Of a stretch of DNA of 64,000 nucleotides, positions 32,701 to 43,800 are shown piece after piece (the stretch's first letter is position 1; each line of letters begins with the position of its first letter). The DNA comes from Epithemia pelagica (taxonomy: Eukaryota; Protista; Bacillariophyta). The position numbers and the translations under genes are program-made. The notes below the pieces were generated by a model, which saw only the letters and a program-made list of their open reading frames with translations, ran no database searches and was not told the origin of the DNA. The stretch spans positions 4,030,001-4,094,000 of the forward strand of contig OX337229.1 in assembly GCA_946965045.2 (NCBI GenBank), in the 5' to 3' direction.

Positions 32701-33498
32701 GAAACAAACCGAGACAATGAGCATGACAAGAGAGAGGAGAATGAGAAAAATGAGAGTGAGGACGGCAATTCCCCCAAAAGCAGTCCAAACAATCAGAGTG
32801 AGGGGTTGTTGTGTGTTCCGATTGTGGGAAATCCAACAGCAGTCGAATCCGAAAAAGAGCAGCATGTACAGAAAAACCAAAATGCCAGTGAGAAGGAGAC
32901 GATAACAACAATGGAATCTGGTGACAGTGAGCCTCGACAGGAGGAGAGTACTTACATCAAGAATGTGGGTGAGCAAGAACCAAGTGAGACTCGGCCGCTG
33001 GTTCCACAAGCACAACAACAAGAACAGGCTGGGGAAGCACGTCACCAAGAAAGTAGCACCAGTCAAACAAAGAAGCGAATGAGAGAAGAGAATCAACAAG
33101 AACAAGAAAGAGCACAACATAGGCGTGAGATTATGCAACAACTAAATAGTGCACGATTCAGCTCTGGTTTTGGAACAGTCAACAAGAACGACAGAATCAC
33201 CAGCACACCAGCAAGAATCACAACCACAAACACAACACATGCGCAACAAGAACTTACAACAATGACAACAAGCCAAGCAAGTGGGCCATTGGCTCAAACA
33301 CTTTTGGCTCTGTCGTTGCTGATGCCAAATTTAGTTCAACAGCAGCACCATGCCGCGACCACAGCTTGGATGCGGCCAACCCCACGAAACCAACAGCAAT
33401 TCTGTTGTCCGAAGTATTTTGAATACTTCGAGAATGGAAAGCGTGGGAGACCTCATCACAACAAAGACTGCCCCAACAAAAATACCAAGAAGCCTTGA
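29764..33498 (+). mobile_element. Zisupton/KDZ-like DNA transposase ORF (1244 aa)
   Basis: Cys clusters (FCPLC, YRCSAC); candidate catalytic D (NDHTH), D (YTDTWP) and E (RGESKLESFH); LGLFHFLQRI. RGxxxLESFHxxL is recalled from Zisupton-type proteins. Element ends were not found. Confidence 0.7.
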
Positions 33499-34383
33499 CG
33501 GATTGTATATGGCAATGGCTTGTCCATTTTGCCGTTGCTGGCAGGAAGAAGGATCCAGCCACATCACCGAAATATCATGGCGGATGTGGCTCAAGCACAA
33601 AAAGGAAAACCAAGAAATCCATCACACCAAACCCATGCACCACACCACAAAGAAGAAAAAGACACAAAACCATTAGGATGAGACGACCCGTATACCTGAA
33701 ATAAGAAGAACTAAAACATAAGATGAAGAATGAGTTAGAAACATGCCTGTTCAAAAATTATGAGAGCGATCTTTCGGTAGATTTTTGTGTCAACGATCGA
33801 CGTACAGAGCACACATGAAGCTTACCATGGACAGACGTCTTGTACGTTCGTCGAGCGTTGACCACTGATGTAAGCACAGAAATTTCTGAACTAAGACCAA
33901 AATCATTTATGGTGATTGAAGGGGAGGTGCCTTCGCCCCTCATGACAGAGAGTTAAACCAGATGCAAGGGTTAGACAAGACATGGTAATTCAGCCAATGA
34001 GAGTGAAACCGACTAGGATGCAGAAAACGACGGAATCTTACCATTTTGAACGTTGGGAATCTCTTCCTTTTTTCTTCCTCTCTTTTTTTCCCTCCCCTTT
34101 TTCCCTTCTCTCTTCTGCCTTGGCCCCCCCCCCATTTTCGGGCGGGAACGACAAGGGCAAGGAGGCACTCGTAGAAATCGTGCTGCAATCGTGTTGGTTT
34201 TTTTTTGGGGGGGGGGGGGGGGTGGCGGTCGGATTCGTGCTGTTCTCGGATCCGACACACCATGTTCCAGAGGCCGTTGCTGTTGTTGTTGTCAAGTGTG
34301 TCTGGCCGAAACTGAATCGTTGGTAGTGGTTTGATCGTCGGCCGTGTCAGGATCCTTACTGTTGTGATGGAATTGTAATGCCA

Positions 34384-34585
34384 TCTTCTTCTTCTTCTTC
34401 TTCTTCTTCTTCTTCTTCTTCTTCTTCTTCTTCTTCTTCTTCTTCTTCTTCTTCTTCTTCTTCTTCTTCTTCTTCTTCTTCTTCTTCTTCTTCTTCTTCT
34501 TCTTCTTCTTCTTCTTCTTCTTCTTCTTCTTCTTCTTCTTCTTCTTCTTCTTCTTCTTCTTCTTCTTCTTCTTCTTCTTCTTCTT
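34384..34585. repeat. Perfect (TTC)n/(GAA)n microsatellite, about 67 units
   Basis: Directly visible, 202 bp. Confidence 0.98.
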
Positions 34586-34759
34586 GGAAACTGACGACAA
34601 CAAGAGAGATGTTTCGTCCCTAGACAATGGACTTTTATGGTCGTCCTGTTTTGTGGTGTCGGTCGGCGTCCTTGTTGTTGTTGTGGGCGGTGGATGCCAA
34701 AAAGAGTCGCGAACGAAAGCCCTTTTTGGACGCCAAGAGTTGAGCCTCAATAGTCCGAT

Positions 34760-36535
34760 TCATCCGAGGTTGTCATGGTTTTGGCTTGGAGTATCATGGC
34801 GGAGTGGGTATTGTTGTGTGTCTAGCGAAAAGCATCCACAGTCGGTTTGGCGGGGTTCGTGGTGGCGGTTGGTTTGCGATGGCCTCGGCTGCTGGATCGA
34901 GAGGAGCTTTCCTCTTATGTACCAGAGGAATTCCCTACTTTGTTTTTGCGTTGCCCCACCGACAATACTGTTGATGTTGATAATGACAAGACTGTGGACG
35001 ATTGCGAGGATCCTTGGGACGAGGCAACGGACGACCAAAGACGATTCATCCTCATTGTCATCCGTTTTATCAAAGTCCAATTCATCTCGAGCCGTCGGTT
35101 TCTGGTCCAAGTCCGTTCGTTCCTTGGGAGGCGCATCGAAATTTGCTTGTTTTCTGGTTTCTTTTACGAGTGGTTCCAAACGAACGAAGACATTTCTTGG
35201 ACGGATTCTGCTTGGCCACTCGTTTCGTGTCCTTCTCGTGTTGTCATCTTGGTGAATTGCGGCGGTGCTACTACTCGTCCTTCTCGTTTGGTTAAGTATT
35301 CGAGGACTACCACAGTTTGAGTTTCCTCCCCCGAATTTTGGGAGAAGTTCCGTTCGAGTGGATCTGTTGTGTTTCGATTTTCTTTTATTTGTCGGCCTTG
35401 TCTCCAGCCAATTTTCGAGTTCGGTCACAACTGCATCTTTCGCCGCTGTCATAACCTCTACACCCTCAGATGTAAACGCCTTGACAATTTCCTCCAGCGC
35501 ATCAGCCAAGGTGGTCCAGGGGAGATTTTCCACAGATTTTTCTTCCAAAAGTTTTTGGTACTCTTTGATCGCTCGTGTTGTTTTCTGAAAGCTATTTCCG
35601 TCTCGGTTCGTTGACTTTCCGACCGGAGTTCAATAGATGGCATTGATGAAATCACCGTCATGCGACAAAATGTGGATACTGATCATGAAGATAAGGAATC
35701 TTTAATGAACCAATCCATGAATCGCTCACCAAATGATTTGTTTCGTTCTTGTGACTCTTTTCGTTTTCTCTTAGAAAATTTTTCGAAGACTAAACGAAAA
35801 GAGTCACAAGAACAGAGGAAACATGCTTTCCTTTTCAGCTGCTGGTACTTTCCTTCAAGCTGCTGGTACTTTCCTTCAAGCTCCTCGAATTTGGGAGCGA
35901 ATGCTTCTCGAAGTGCCGCCATCAGTTGAGGATTCTGCAGTCCCGCCACCAAGCGACGAGTAAACTCAGCATCGGCGGAACAACAAGCAGCGCTTGGTGG
36001 TACCACCAACGTCTTGTTGTCATCCGCTGTCGCTGTTGGCGCTTCCGTCATTGTGGTAGCAACCTTTCTTTTCTGTGATGGAGGAGGAGACATGGGATCC
36101 TCTGTCGTTGTTGTTGTCGACATTATCTGCTGTGCTTGTTGTTCCAACAAGTCAACCCGTCGACAGAGATTCTCGGATGTCACTCTAACTGTAGTTATTC
36201 GTATGTTGGTACTATGGTTTGTTGCAACTGTCCGTTGAGATCGTGGCTGCTGCCGATGCTGCTGCTGCTGCTGCTGTTGGGTTCCTTGTTCCTTGGTGGG
36301 TTTTGGAATCTACAAGATTCGGCGTCGTGCTGGTGGCGGTGATGGTGACACAGTTGTTTGCCGGTGGCGGCGGCTGCTCGTTTGGTGTTGGAGTAGTGGA
36401 ATTGCTATCGTCTTCCTCTTCCCTCGATCGTTTCCGTACCATGTCCAGTTCCCCTTTGGTACTACTACCCCTTTTCCTTGTTTGCTGTTGCGGCGGCCGA
36501 CTGTTCGTCATGGTGTATTTCATAAGGATGAACAC
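34760..36535 (-). other. Chain of minus-strand ORFs, possibly one spliced or decayed gene of unknown function
   Basis: ORFs 36212-36535, 35683-36183 (coiled-coil-like ELEGKYQQLEGKYQQL) and 34760-35548; no recognisable domain. Confidence 0.3.
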
Positions 36536-36881
36536 TTAGCGATTTTGGAGAGACTGCTGGAGCGGGGAGCTCGTAACGTCATTCAACGTCAAATTACAGG
36601 CTTCAACACAAAAAACGCTTGTAGTGGTCATAGATCGATGGTTGGGAGTCGTACATTAATATGATGGATACGTCAAGGGTGAGACCTTACTCGCAAATTA
36701 CGCGGTTGGAGGTGCACCTGCAAATCATACCGTGACTGACCATTGTAAATATACATTGCTATATCATTGCCATATATATTTAACCGTTTATCAACCGCCA
36801 TGTTTGCTCAATTGTACTTTTTACTCTAGTGTCCGTCCGTTTTTTTTTTCTTAATTTACTGTCTAAACGAAAGTGGGACTC

Positions 36882-39800
36882 CTAAGCGGCTAGCTCGCAT
36901 AGGAGTGGGGCTGTGTCCGTGGTTGGTATGAATTCTGCCATTGGGGCGGGGGAGTAGATTGGGGTGACCGGTTCAAAACACGGAGTGGCAAGATTTTGCA
37001 ATTGTGTGGTTTTGGTTTTGAGTTTTGATTGATGGTGTCGTATTGCACCTATGTTGTTGTTGGCGTGAGTTGCCAGGGCGGAGACTATGGCATGGCCTAA
37101 TGAGGCTTTTGCAAAGTGCCCGATGGAGTAGATATGTGCCTCTGGGTAGCTGAATTTCTTGGTTTTGGCGTTGGCCGCCGTAAGCAGGTTGGATGGAGCC
37201 CTGTTTGATTCTTCGAAGAGTCGGAATGCCATTGGGTGTGGTTTACTTCGGTTTTCTTCTTTGCCAAAGTACGGCGTGTGCCAAGGTGGCGGTTGTGTCG
37301 TCAAGAAGAGGTGGGGGTTGTGTGCGGATGGGAACAGGAGGCGGTCTGCAAAAGATCCTAGTCCTCCGAGATGATCCACGGTGAATGGTATCAAGTAAAT
37401 GCCGTTGTTGAAAAGGTGTTTGGAAGTGTCATGGTCTCTACAGAATTTGGCTCTTGCCGCTTCTTGATGCGTCCTGGAGGCCATGGTGGCGAGTGTGAGA
37501 TGGTCGGACGGATCGGTGATGGGCAGTGGCTGCTGTGGAGGTGGGATAGTGATGTCGATTGCGACATAGTTAAACGGTTCGTTCTTGTGTGGTGTTGAAA
37601 GGAGCATTCCGACGTCAGCTGGTCGAATGTTCCTGTGATGCTGTGGCGCCAGGCCTGGAGGTTCGATGTGGACATCGTGTGGTGAGTCGACTGCCTCGGC
37701 GGCGGGGGCAATTTGTTTGAGCACGTCAAAAAGAGTGTCTCTGATAGCGTTGGAGAGCGGTGTCTTTGATGCTGCGGTGCAGGAAAAAAGGTGGTCGCCC
37801 ATGGCATCGATTGTTTTTGTTTTGGAGCATCGGCATTTCTGGGGCCAGTGTTGTGTTGGGTCTTTAAGGAAGAGCGGCAGTCTGAGTTTCCGCTTAATCG
37901 CCGTACGGAAAACTTGGTTGGAGTATCTGAATTTCGTGGCGGTAAGAGGGAGTGAAAGTGCCATACTGGTTAGTGGTGACAGGAGACCGGGTAGGAATAT
38001 TCGTTGATTTTGGTCTGTTACAGCAATCAACCGTGGGAGGGTGTGCTCTTGAACCGTGTGGTTCAATAGTCTGTTATGGGTGGTCGGGTCGTATCTTGAA
38101 GGTATGTAAAGGGCCTCTTCTGCGTGTTCGTTCGCGAAAAGGGATAAGGCTTTCCGGAACTTGGTCATGTGTGCGTTTGTGCTATTTTTCCATGTTGTGA
38201 AATTCCGTTGGTGGACGGATGGAATTGGTGTATCTGTGGAGGAGGCCAAGGCGATGGCTCTGGCAGTCTGGGTCAGGAACCTTGGATATGCAGACACTGC
38301 TGCTTGGTGATATCCCAACCCTCCTAGTCGTTGTGGAATGGTTGCTAAAAGGGTGGATGTCGTGGAGATTTCGTTCTCAGGTAAAGAAGCGAGGTCGGCA
38401 AGAAATCGTGTGATAAGTTTTTCGGTCAGTCTGGTAGTGTTGCTGGTCCAAAGTGTTGTTCTCGGGTCTCGGTCTGGATTGGCGAGAACGATGTCGGATG
38501 GCAACAGGTGGAGGATCGACGGGATCATGGTGTATTTGAATAGGTTGTGTTTTGTTTGCAAGTCGTCGAGTTGTAAAAAGCAGTCCATCTTGTGGTGCTT
38601 GCGGTCTATTTTTTCTTTGATGTATTGCTGGGCAAAGGTTTGTGACCCGATTGGTTGGCCGAGGAATCTAACGCCCTGTGTTATTTCTGCTTGTTCCGGA
38701 TCTTCAGGTGAGAGGAAGGCAAGTGCTTGTTGGAGGTTTCGTTGTTGTTCCGGGTCCAGGTTGTGTCGCGGGGAGACGCCGGTGGTGGCGGTAAGGATTG
38801 TTGTCTTGCGTTTGTTGAGGATAATTCCCAGTGGTTTTCCTAGCTCCTCGAAGCGCTGGAGAAACCAAAGGAGGTCGCAGTGTGGAAGGCACACTGATGT
38901 GTCATCCATAATGGATGCCGTGTGGCTTATGCCGCCCATGTCGTCGTCATAAGCGTTGTTACTCATTTTACGTTTTTGTGCACGTTTTGCTTGTTCTTTG
39001 TTAAGTTGTGTTGTCAAGGCCAGGAGGACGAGACATGAAAAGAGGGGGCTCAGTGGGCATCCCTGTGGGAATCCCTCTTCCTGGGTAAGATGTTTTGCCT
39101 TTTTGTTTTCGTCAAAATACCATTGGTCGCACGGGTTGTTTGTCAGGAGATCAAAAAGGGGGACTAATTGTGTTGTGGCTTCGTCGTCGAGCAGTATTTT
39201 CCGAGCTTCGGTTCTGCTCACGTTGTTAAACATGTTGGTGAGGTCGAGCATAACAAGTGCTCGTGATGGTCTGTTGTCGTTGTCAGTGTCGTGTGTGTCG
39301 TTGTTACAGTCGTTGCCAGTTTCCTGTGTGCGGGTGTTGTCGTCTGTTTGTCTGTCGATGTATTGTTTTACCGCCATGGCGGTTGTTTGAGCGACGAAAT
39401 CAACGCCACCAGGCGTTTGTATTCCGTATTGGCCGCCTTTCAAAAGGAGTGGGCGTACTTCGTCGGTAAGATGGACTAATGCTGCTTTCGCGGCCACGCG
39501 TCGGATGGCTGTGCCAATGCCAATCGGTCGCAGTCGCTCGAGATTGGTCATGTCTTTGTGCAGGGCCAGGAAATAATTGCTGGCCAGCAGAGATTGAATT
39601 GTTGGTGGTACTTGTGCAGTGACGACCAACTGGATCAGTTCTTTGATCTTATGGAAATAAGGTCGCGTGGAGTCGGGGGATCTGGTTGTCCGATGTAGCG
39701 CCATGGACACCAGAGTGTCGGTGCTTGTGGCGAAGGGGCCGGCGGCCGTTCCAGGCTTCATTTGCCGCAGTGCTAATTCGAACGTGTTGTCTGTGAGTTT

Positions 39801-40805
39801 GAGGTATTGTGCCGCTGGTGGTGGCATTGTTGTTTGTCCGTGGGCTCTGGTTGCTGGTGGTGGTTGTTGTCTGGCTGGGAACAGGTCTTCTTGGCATTTC
39901 TTGATTCGTGGAGGGGTCAGGATGGCTGGCGGCGTGTTTGTCGTCAGTCGTTTTACAGCGGCACGGTAGTTCCCGAGGTCGGCAAGTTGTTGTGCAGAAG
40001 TTGTTTTCCATGGGGGGAGTCGGTCTGTTGCTGGTGTTGTTTGGAAGTGCTGTTGTTGGCGGCGTTGTTGCCTTTTCTTGGTGTTTGTGTTGTTTGGTTT
40101 TGGGAGCGGGGTTGGGTTCCATATTGTTTGATGGAGTTCTTCTATTCTCCCTGTTTTCAGGAGTGACAGTCGGGCTCTAAACGCATTTGAGTACGTTAGA
40201 TGTACGGTGTCTTTGATGGGAGCTAAGAGCATCGGCTCTAGGAGGATCAGCAGCTTCCAAAAGGGGCTGGCGTCGGTGTCATGTTGTTGTGGTCTGTCGT
40301 CTCGAAGGACAGTTGGGGCCAGTGGTGGGGTGGCGTCGAGGATCCATGTGACGACGTTGTTGTACGTCGAGAAGAATTCTGCTCTCAACGGTGGTTTGAT
40401 CTTGTGCCAGAGGCTGCGCCGAAAGGGCGGTGGTGTGACTTGCAGTTGGTGTAGATAAGCTAGGCTTTTTTTCCAATTTGTTTCTGTCTCTGGTTCGGTG
40501 TGTCTGTACGTGTTCAGGACTAGTTGGATGTTTGTTTTAGTCCTACTATGTTTTTTTGTTACGTGTTGTCTTAGGTGGCCTTCCGTGGTGAATATGGCGG
40601 TGGGTGTGTCGCAGGTTGGGCATGGGAAAATGCTATGCCTGTTGCAGTATGAGGGAGTCAAGTAATCGGAGGGATGGGTGTCGTTGTGGGCGGTGATAAG
40701 GTGCTCTTTGAGTGAAGCAAGGGGATTGATTGTTAAGCGAGGCACTTTCCAGGGGCAATCTGGAACTGGGCAGTGTCGCAGTTTTGGTGTTGTTGGTTTA
40801 CTCAT
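36882..40805 (-). CDS. CRE-like ORF2: two C2H2 fingers, reverse transcriptase, CCHC and restriction-like endonuclease
   Basis: CPVPDC..HLITAH and CPTC..HVTKKH fingers. RT motifs LRPIGIG, DLTNMFN, GFPQGCPLSP, IMDD, FLG. Endonuclease region CRC..DAMGDHLFSC, RPAD, IDITI. The frame is open from 41000, so the start is uncertain. Confidence 0.93.
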   Translation of the reverse strand: MSKPTTPKLRHCPVPDCPWKVPRLTINPLASLKEHLITAHNDTHPSDYLTPSYCNRHSIFPCPTCDTPTAIFTTEGHLRQHVTKKHSRTKTNIQLVLNTYRHTEPETETNWKKSLAYLHQLQVTPPPFRRSLWHKIKPPLRAEFFSTYNNVVTWILDATPPLAPTVLRDDRPQQHDTDASPFWKLLILLEPMLLAPIKDTVHLTYSNAFRARLSLLKTGRIEELHQTIWNPTPLPKPNNTNTKKRQQRRQQQHFQTTPATDRLPPWKTTSAQQLADLGNYRAAVKRLTTNTPPAILTPPRIKKCQEDLFPARQQPPPATRAHGQTTMPPPAAQYLKLTDNTFELALRQMKPGTAAGPFATSTDTLVSMALHRTTRSPDSTRPYFHKIKELIQLVVTAQVPPTIQSLLASNYFLALHKDMTNLERLRPIGIGTAIRRVAAKAALVHLTDEVRPLLLKGGQYGIQTPGGVDFVAQTTAMAVKQYIDRQTDDNTRTQETGNDCNNDTHDTDNDNRPSRALVMLDLTNMFNNVSRTEARKILLDDEATTQLVPLFDLLTNNPCDQWYFDENKKAKHLTQEEGFPQGCPLSPLFSCLVLLALTTQLNKEQAKRAQKRKMSNNAYDDDMGGISHTASIMDDTSVCLPHCDLLWFLQRFEELGKPLGIILNKRKTTILTATTGVSPRHNLDPEQQRNLQQALAFLSPEDPEQAEITQGVRFLGQPIGSQTFAQQYIKEKIDRKHHKMDCFLQLDDLQTKHNLFKYTMIPSILHLLPSDIVLANPDRDPRTTLWTSNTTRLTEKLITRFLADLASLPENEISTTSTLLATIPQRLGGLGYHQAAVSAYPRFLTQTARAIALASSTDTPIPSVHQRNFTTWKNSTNAHMTKFRKALSLFANEHAEEALYIPSRYDPTTHNRLLNHTVQEHTLPRLIAVTDQNQRIFLPGLLSPLTSMALSLPLTATKFRYSNQVFRTAIKRKLRLPLFLKDPTQHWPQKCRCSKTKTIDAMGDHLFSCTAASKTPLSNAIRDTLFDVLKQIAPAAEAVDSPHDVHIEPPGLAPQHHRNIRPADVGMLLSTPHKNEPFNYVAIDITIPPPQQPLPITDPSDHLTLATMASRTHQEAARAKFCRDHDTSKHLFNNGIYLIPFTVDHLGGLGSFADRLLFPSAHNPHLFLTTQPPPWHTPYFGKEENRSKPHPMAFRLFEESNRAPSNLLTAANAKTKKFSYPEAHIYSIGHFAKASLGHAIVSALATHANNNIGAIRHHQSKLKTKTTQLQNLATPCFEPVTPIYSPAPMAEFIPTTDTAPLLCELAA

Positions 40806-43800
40806 CTGGCCGCTTGGCCCAGTTTGCATGCGGGACCACATGGCCGGTGCGCGAGTCGGCGACGTTGGAGTGGCTCGTCTGTACCAAAGACTGAGCGAAT
40901 CTCCAAGCGTCCTGCGCGTCTGTGTCGTTCGTGAACGATTTGGTGTTTTCCAGATACTTTCGCATTTCGTCAATGCGAGAGGGGTTGTTGTGTGCCACAT
41001 ACTTGAAGATTAGTTCAATCTCTTGCATCGTGGTGGCGGAAAACTCGTGTTCCTCGTTTTCCTGGTTGTCGTCGCTGCCGATTAAGGCGTGGGAGCGATC
41101 GTCGGATTCGTCAGTGTCCATCCTGTCGTCGTTTGACTGGTGGTCGTCCTGGAGATCGGCGAGAGGCGCAAATTGGTTGCGTTTGGCTGCCGGTTTGGAG
41201 TCTTGGTCGTCATGGCCGTTGGTAGCTGTGCCTGTGCCATAGGAGTTTGTTTGGGCGGCCACTGTGGTCCAGTCAGTTCCGTCCTCGTACGGGTCGCTCT
41301 CGTCTCCTTCCGTTGGGTGCATGGCGGCAGCGCTTCGTTTGTTGGCTGGTGGGCTGGAGGGATTGGTGTTCGGTGTTGTGCCTTGAATGTTGTCGTGGTG
41401 GTTGTCGTTGTCGTCCGTGTCGTTCTCGTCCAGGTTGTTGTGTTTCCGGCGTAGCAACCGGTTAGTGAATGCTAGCAGCCGATTGGTGTGGCTCGACGAT
41501 GTAGGTGTCGCTGGGTTTTGGTTGTTGTTTGTTTGCCGTGGTGGCGTTGCCGCGACGGCCGCGAGAGTCGGGAGCAAGATGTTTTCGGGAAACTCGGGGT
41601 GTTGCCTGATGGTGTTGGTTGTTAGCATGTGCGTGTCCGGCGTCTTGCGTAGGTATAGGGTAAAGAATTGCGGGTCTGGGTCCTCGTTGTCGAATTCAGG
41701 GAAGAGGGCCACGAACTCGCGAAGGTTGCGAAGACGTTTCCAGTCTCCGTCGGTTGCTTCTCTGTTAATGGGTCTCAGCTTGATTTTGACACAAGCTCCG
41801 AAGAACTGGTCAATGTCCTTGATTGCTTCCAGAGTTGTTGTGCGGTTGTTCTGGGAGGTTGGCATCGGAATGATTTGGATGTTGTTTTTGCACCAGGTGA
41901 GTTCGGTGTTGCGGTTGGCGGACAAATAGGCGTTGTAACTCCGAAGGAGTGCCTCGAAGTTGCTTTTCGACGAGGCGGTGATGTAAATTGCTGGAACTTG
42001 TCCGCGTTGTTTGTTTTTTAGCTCACCGCTGAAGGTGCCAGCTCGGCATCCAATGTGGTTGTAGTAGTCCACATGGTTCAGTTTCCGAGGGAGGTGTGGA
42101 GTGAGGATGTTCTGGATGTCGGAGGAGAGATCCAGAGCTGCTCGACGGTGTTTGATTGTTTGAGCAGGCACTCCGACGACGATGCCGTAGGTGTCGCTCG
42201 TGCGGTTGTTGCATGCTGGCTGGTAGACGTTGACTTGGTCGTACCTTGGATAAATCGTAGGATTTGATTGGCGAGTGCCCGGTCGTAGGATTGATTGGGC
42301 GCCGTGTTCATCGAACGTAAAGTCGTCGTTGTGATGCTTGTGCCACATCTGCAGGACGAATCGGAGACCTTGTTCGTAGAACACGCCTGTATCGAAGGCG
42401 TCGTTCGCCGGCGCTGGTGAAAGCGTGACGTGGAAGGTGGAAGTGTGTCCACTGCCCCGGTTGGGACGGTTTTGGTTGTCGGAACCGCGAAGAGGGCGAC
42501 TGCCTGATTGCTTTGTTTCGATGAAGTCCACCGAGTGGACCTGGAGCCACATGGGCTCCTCTCTCTTGCTGTGGTGGAAAAACACGTCGTTTAGATGTGT
42601 TTTCAGCGCTTGCTCCGTGAGTCTCGGGAGGGTGGATTCGATTTCGTGGTTGGGGTGGTGGTTCACCGCCACGTGGAGGTGAAACAGGAAGGAGGGCTCA
42701 GGGGACGGAGGACGTTTCGTCGTTGTCGGTTTCCTGTAGGGATTGGCCACGGGCGTGTCTGTCTCGGAGTCGTTGGGCTTTGTCGTCGATTCGTGGTCGC
42801 TTGTAAGGGTGGCGGTGTTGGTGGTTGGGGTTTTCTTGGTTCCGTTGGTCACGTGTTGTTCGCCGTGAGGGGCTTCCGTGTTTTCGTCGTTCCTGGTTTC
42901 GGTCTGGTTGGGTTCGTTGTTGATGGTTTCGTTGATGGTTTCGTTGTTGATGGTTTCGTTGATGGTTTCGTTGTTGGTGTCGTCGTTGGTCTGGTTGCTG
43001 GGGTGGTTTTTTTCTGTGTTTTTTTCGTTGGTGTTGGTGTTTTCTTTGTTTTTGTTTTCGTTTTTGGTTTGTTTTTTGATGTTGCGGTCAGGAGTGATGG
43101 CGGTGGCGTTGCGGATGTTGGTGGCGACGAGGGGGACTGGGCCGAGGGCGGATGAGGTGAGTTTGGCGCGTGTCGATCGACGGCCGGAGGAGGGCTTCGA
43201 GTGGACTTGCATCGTGGTCGGTTGTTGCTGTTTGCTGTGGTCGGCTGGAAGAGGCTCTCGGTGAAAAACTCTGGTTTCACTGTTTTTGTGAGGAAGGCAT
43301 TCCGTTGTTTCTTTGGTTGGAGGGGTCATTTTGAGTTGCAGGATGACTCGCTGGAGGGCGTTAGCAATCTGTTTTCTTTTGGGGATCTTTGGGCCCGGGC
43401 AGCTGGGTTTGGTGGTGTCGGTGGTCGACATTGGTTCAAATTCGGACTTGGTGGCGGGGGTGGTGGTTGTTGTGGTGTGGTTTGGCCTGGAGTGGTTCTG
43501 TGGTGGTGGGCGGGGGAGTGTCTGTTGGTGTCTTGCCCGGTCGACGTGGCCTGGTTCTTCGTTACTGTCTTCGTGTCTTTGGGCTGGTGGTGGTGGAGTT
43601 AAGAGGTGGTCTGGCAGGGTCATCCTCTTGGCCGGTTTGGTCATCCTCTTGGTTGGTTCGGTCATCCGATTGTTGGGCTTTGTTTTGGTTTGGGGGCATG
43701 CCGGATGCGTGTTGTTAGTACTCCGTAGCAGTCGCTGGGGGTCTGCGTTTCCGTTGGTCGCTGTGTTTTCGGCCAGCTGTGGGTTCTGGGTTTTGCCATG

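Noticed and set aside
29400-34380. TIRs/TSD for the KDZ-like element (e.g. gggttagaca at ~29722 and ~33968)
   Set aside because: The match is a short direct repeat, not inverted; no convincing ends were found by eye.
34292-34750. Poly-Lys and poly-Ser ORFs
   Set aside because: Translation artefacts of the (TTC)n microsatellite.
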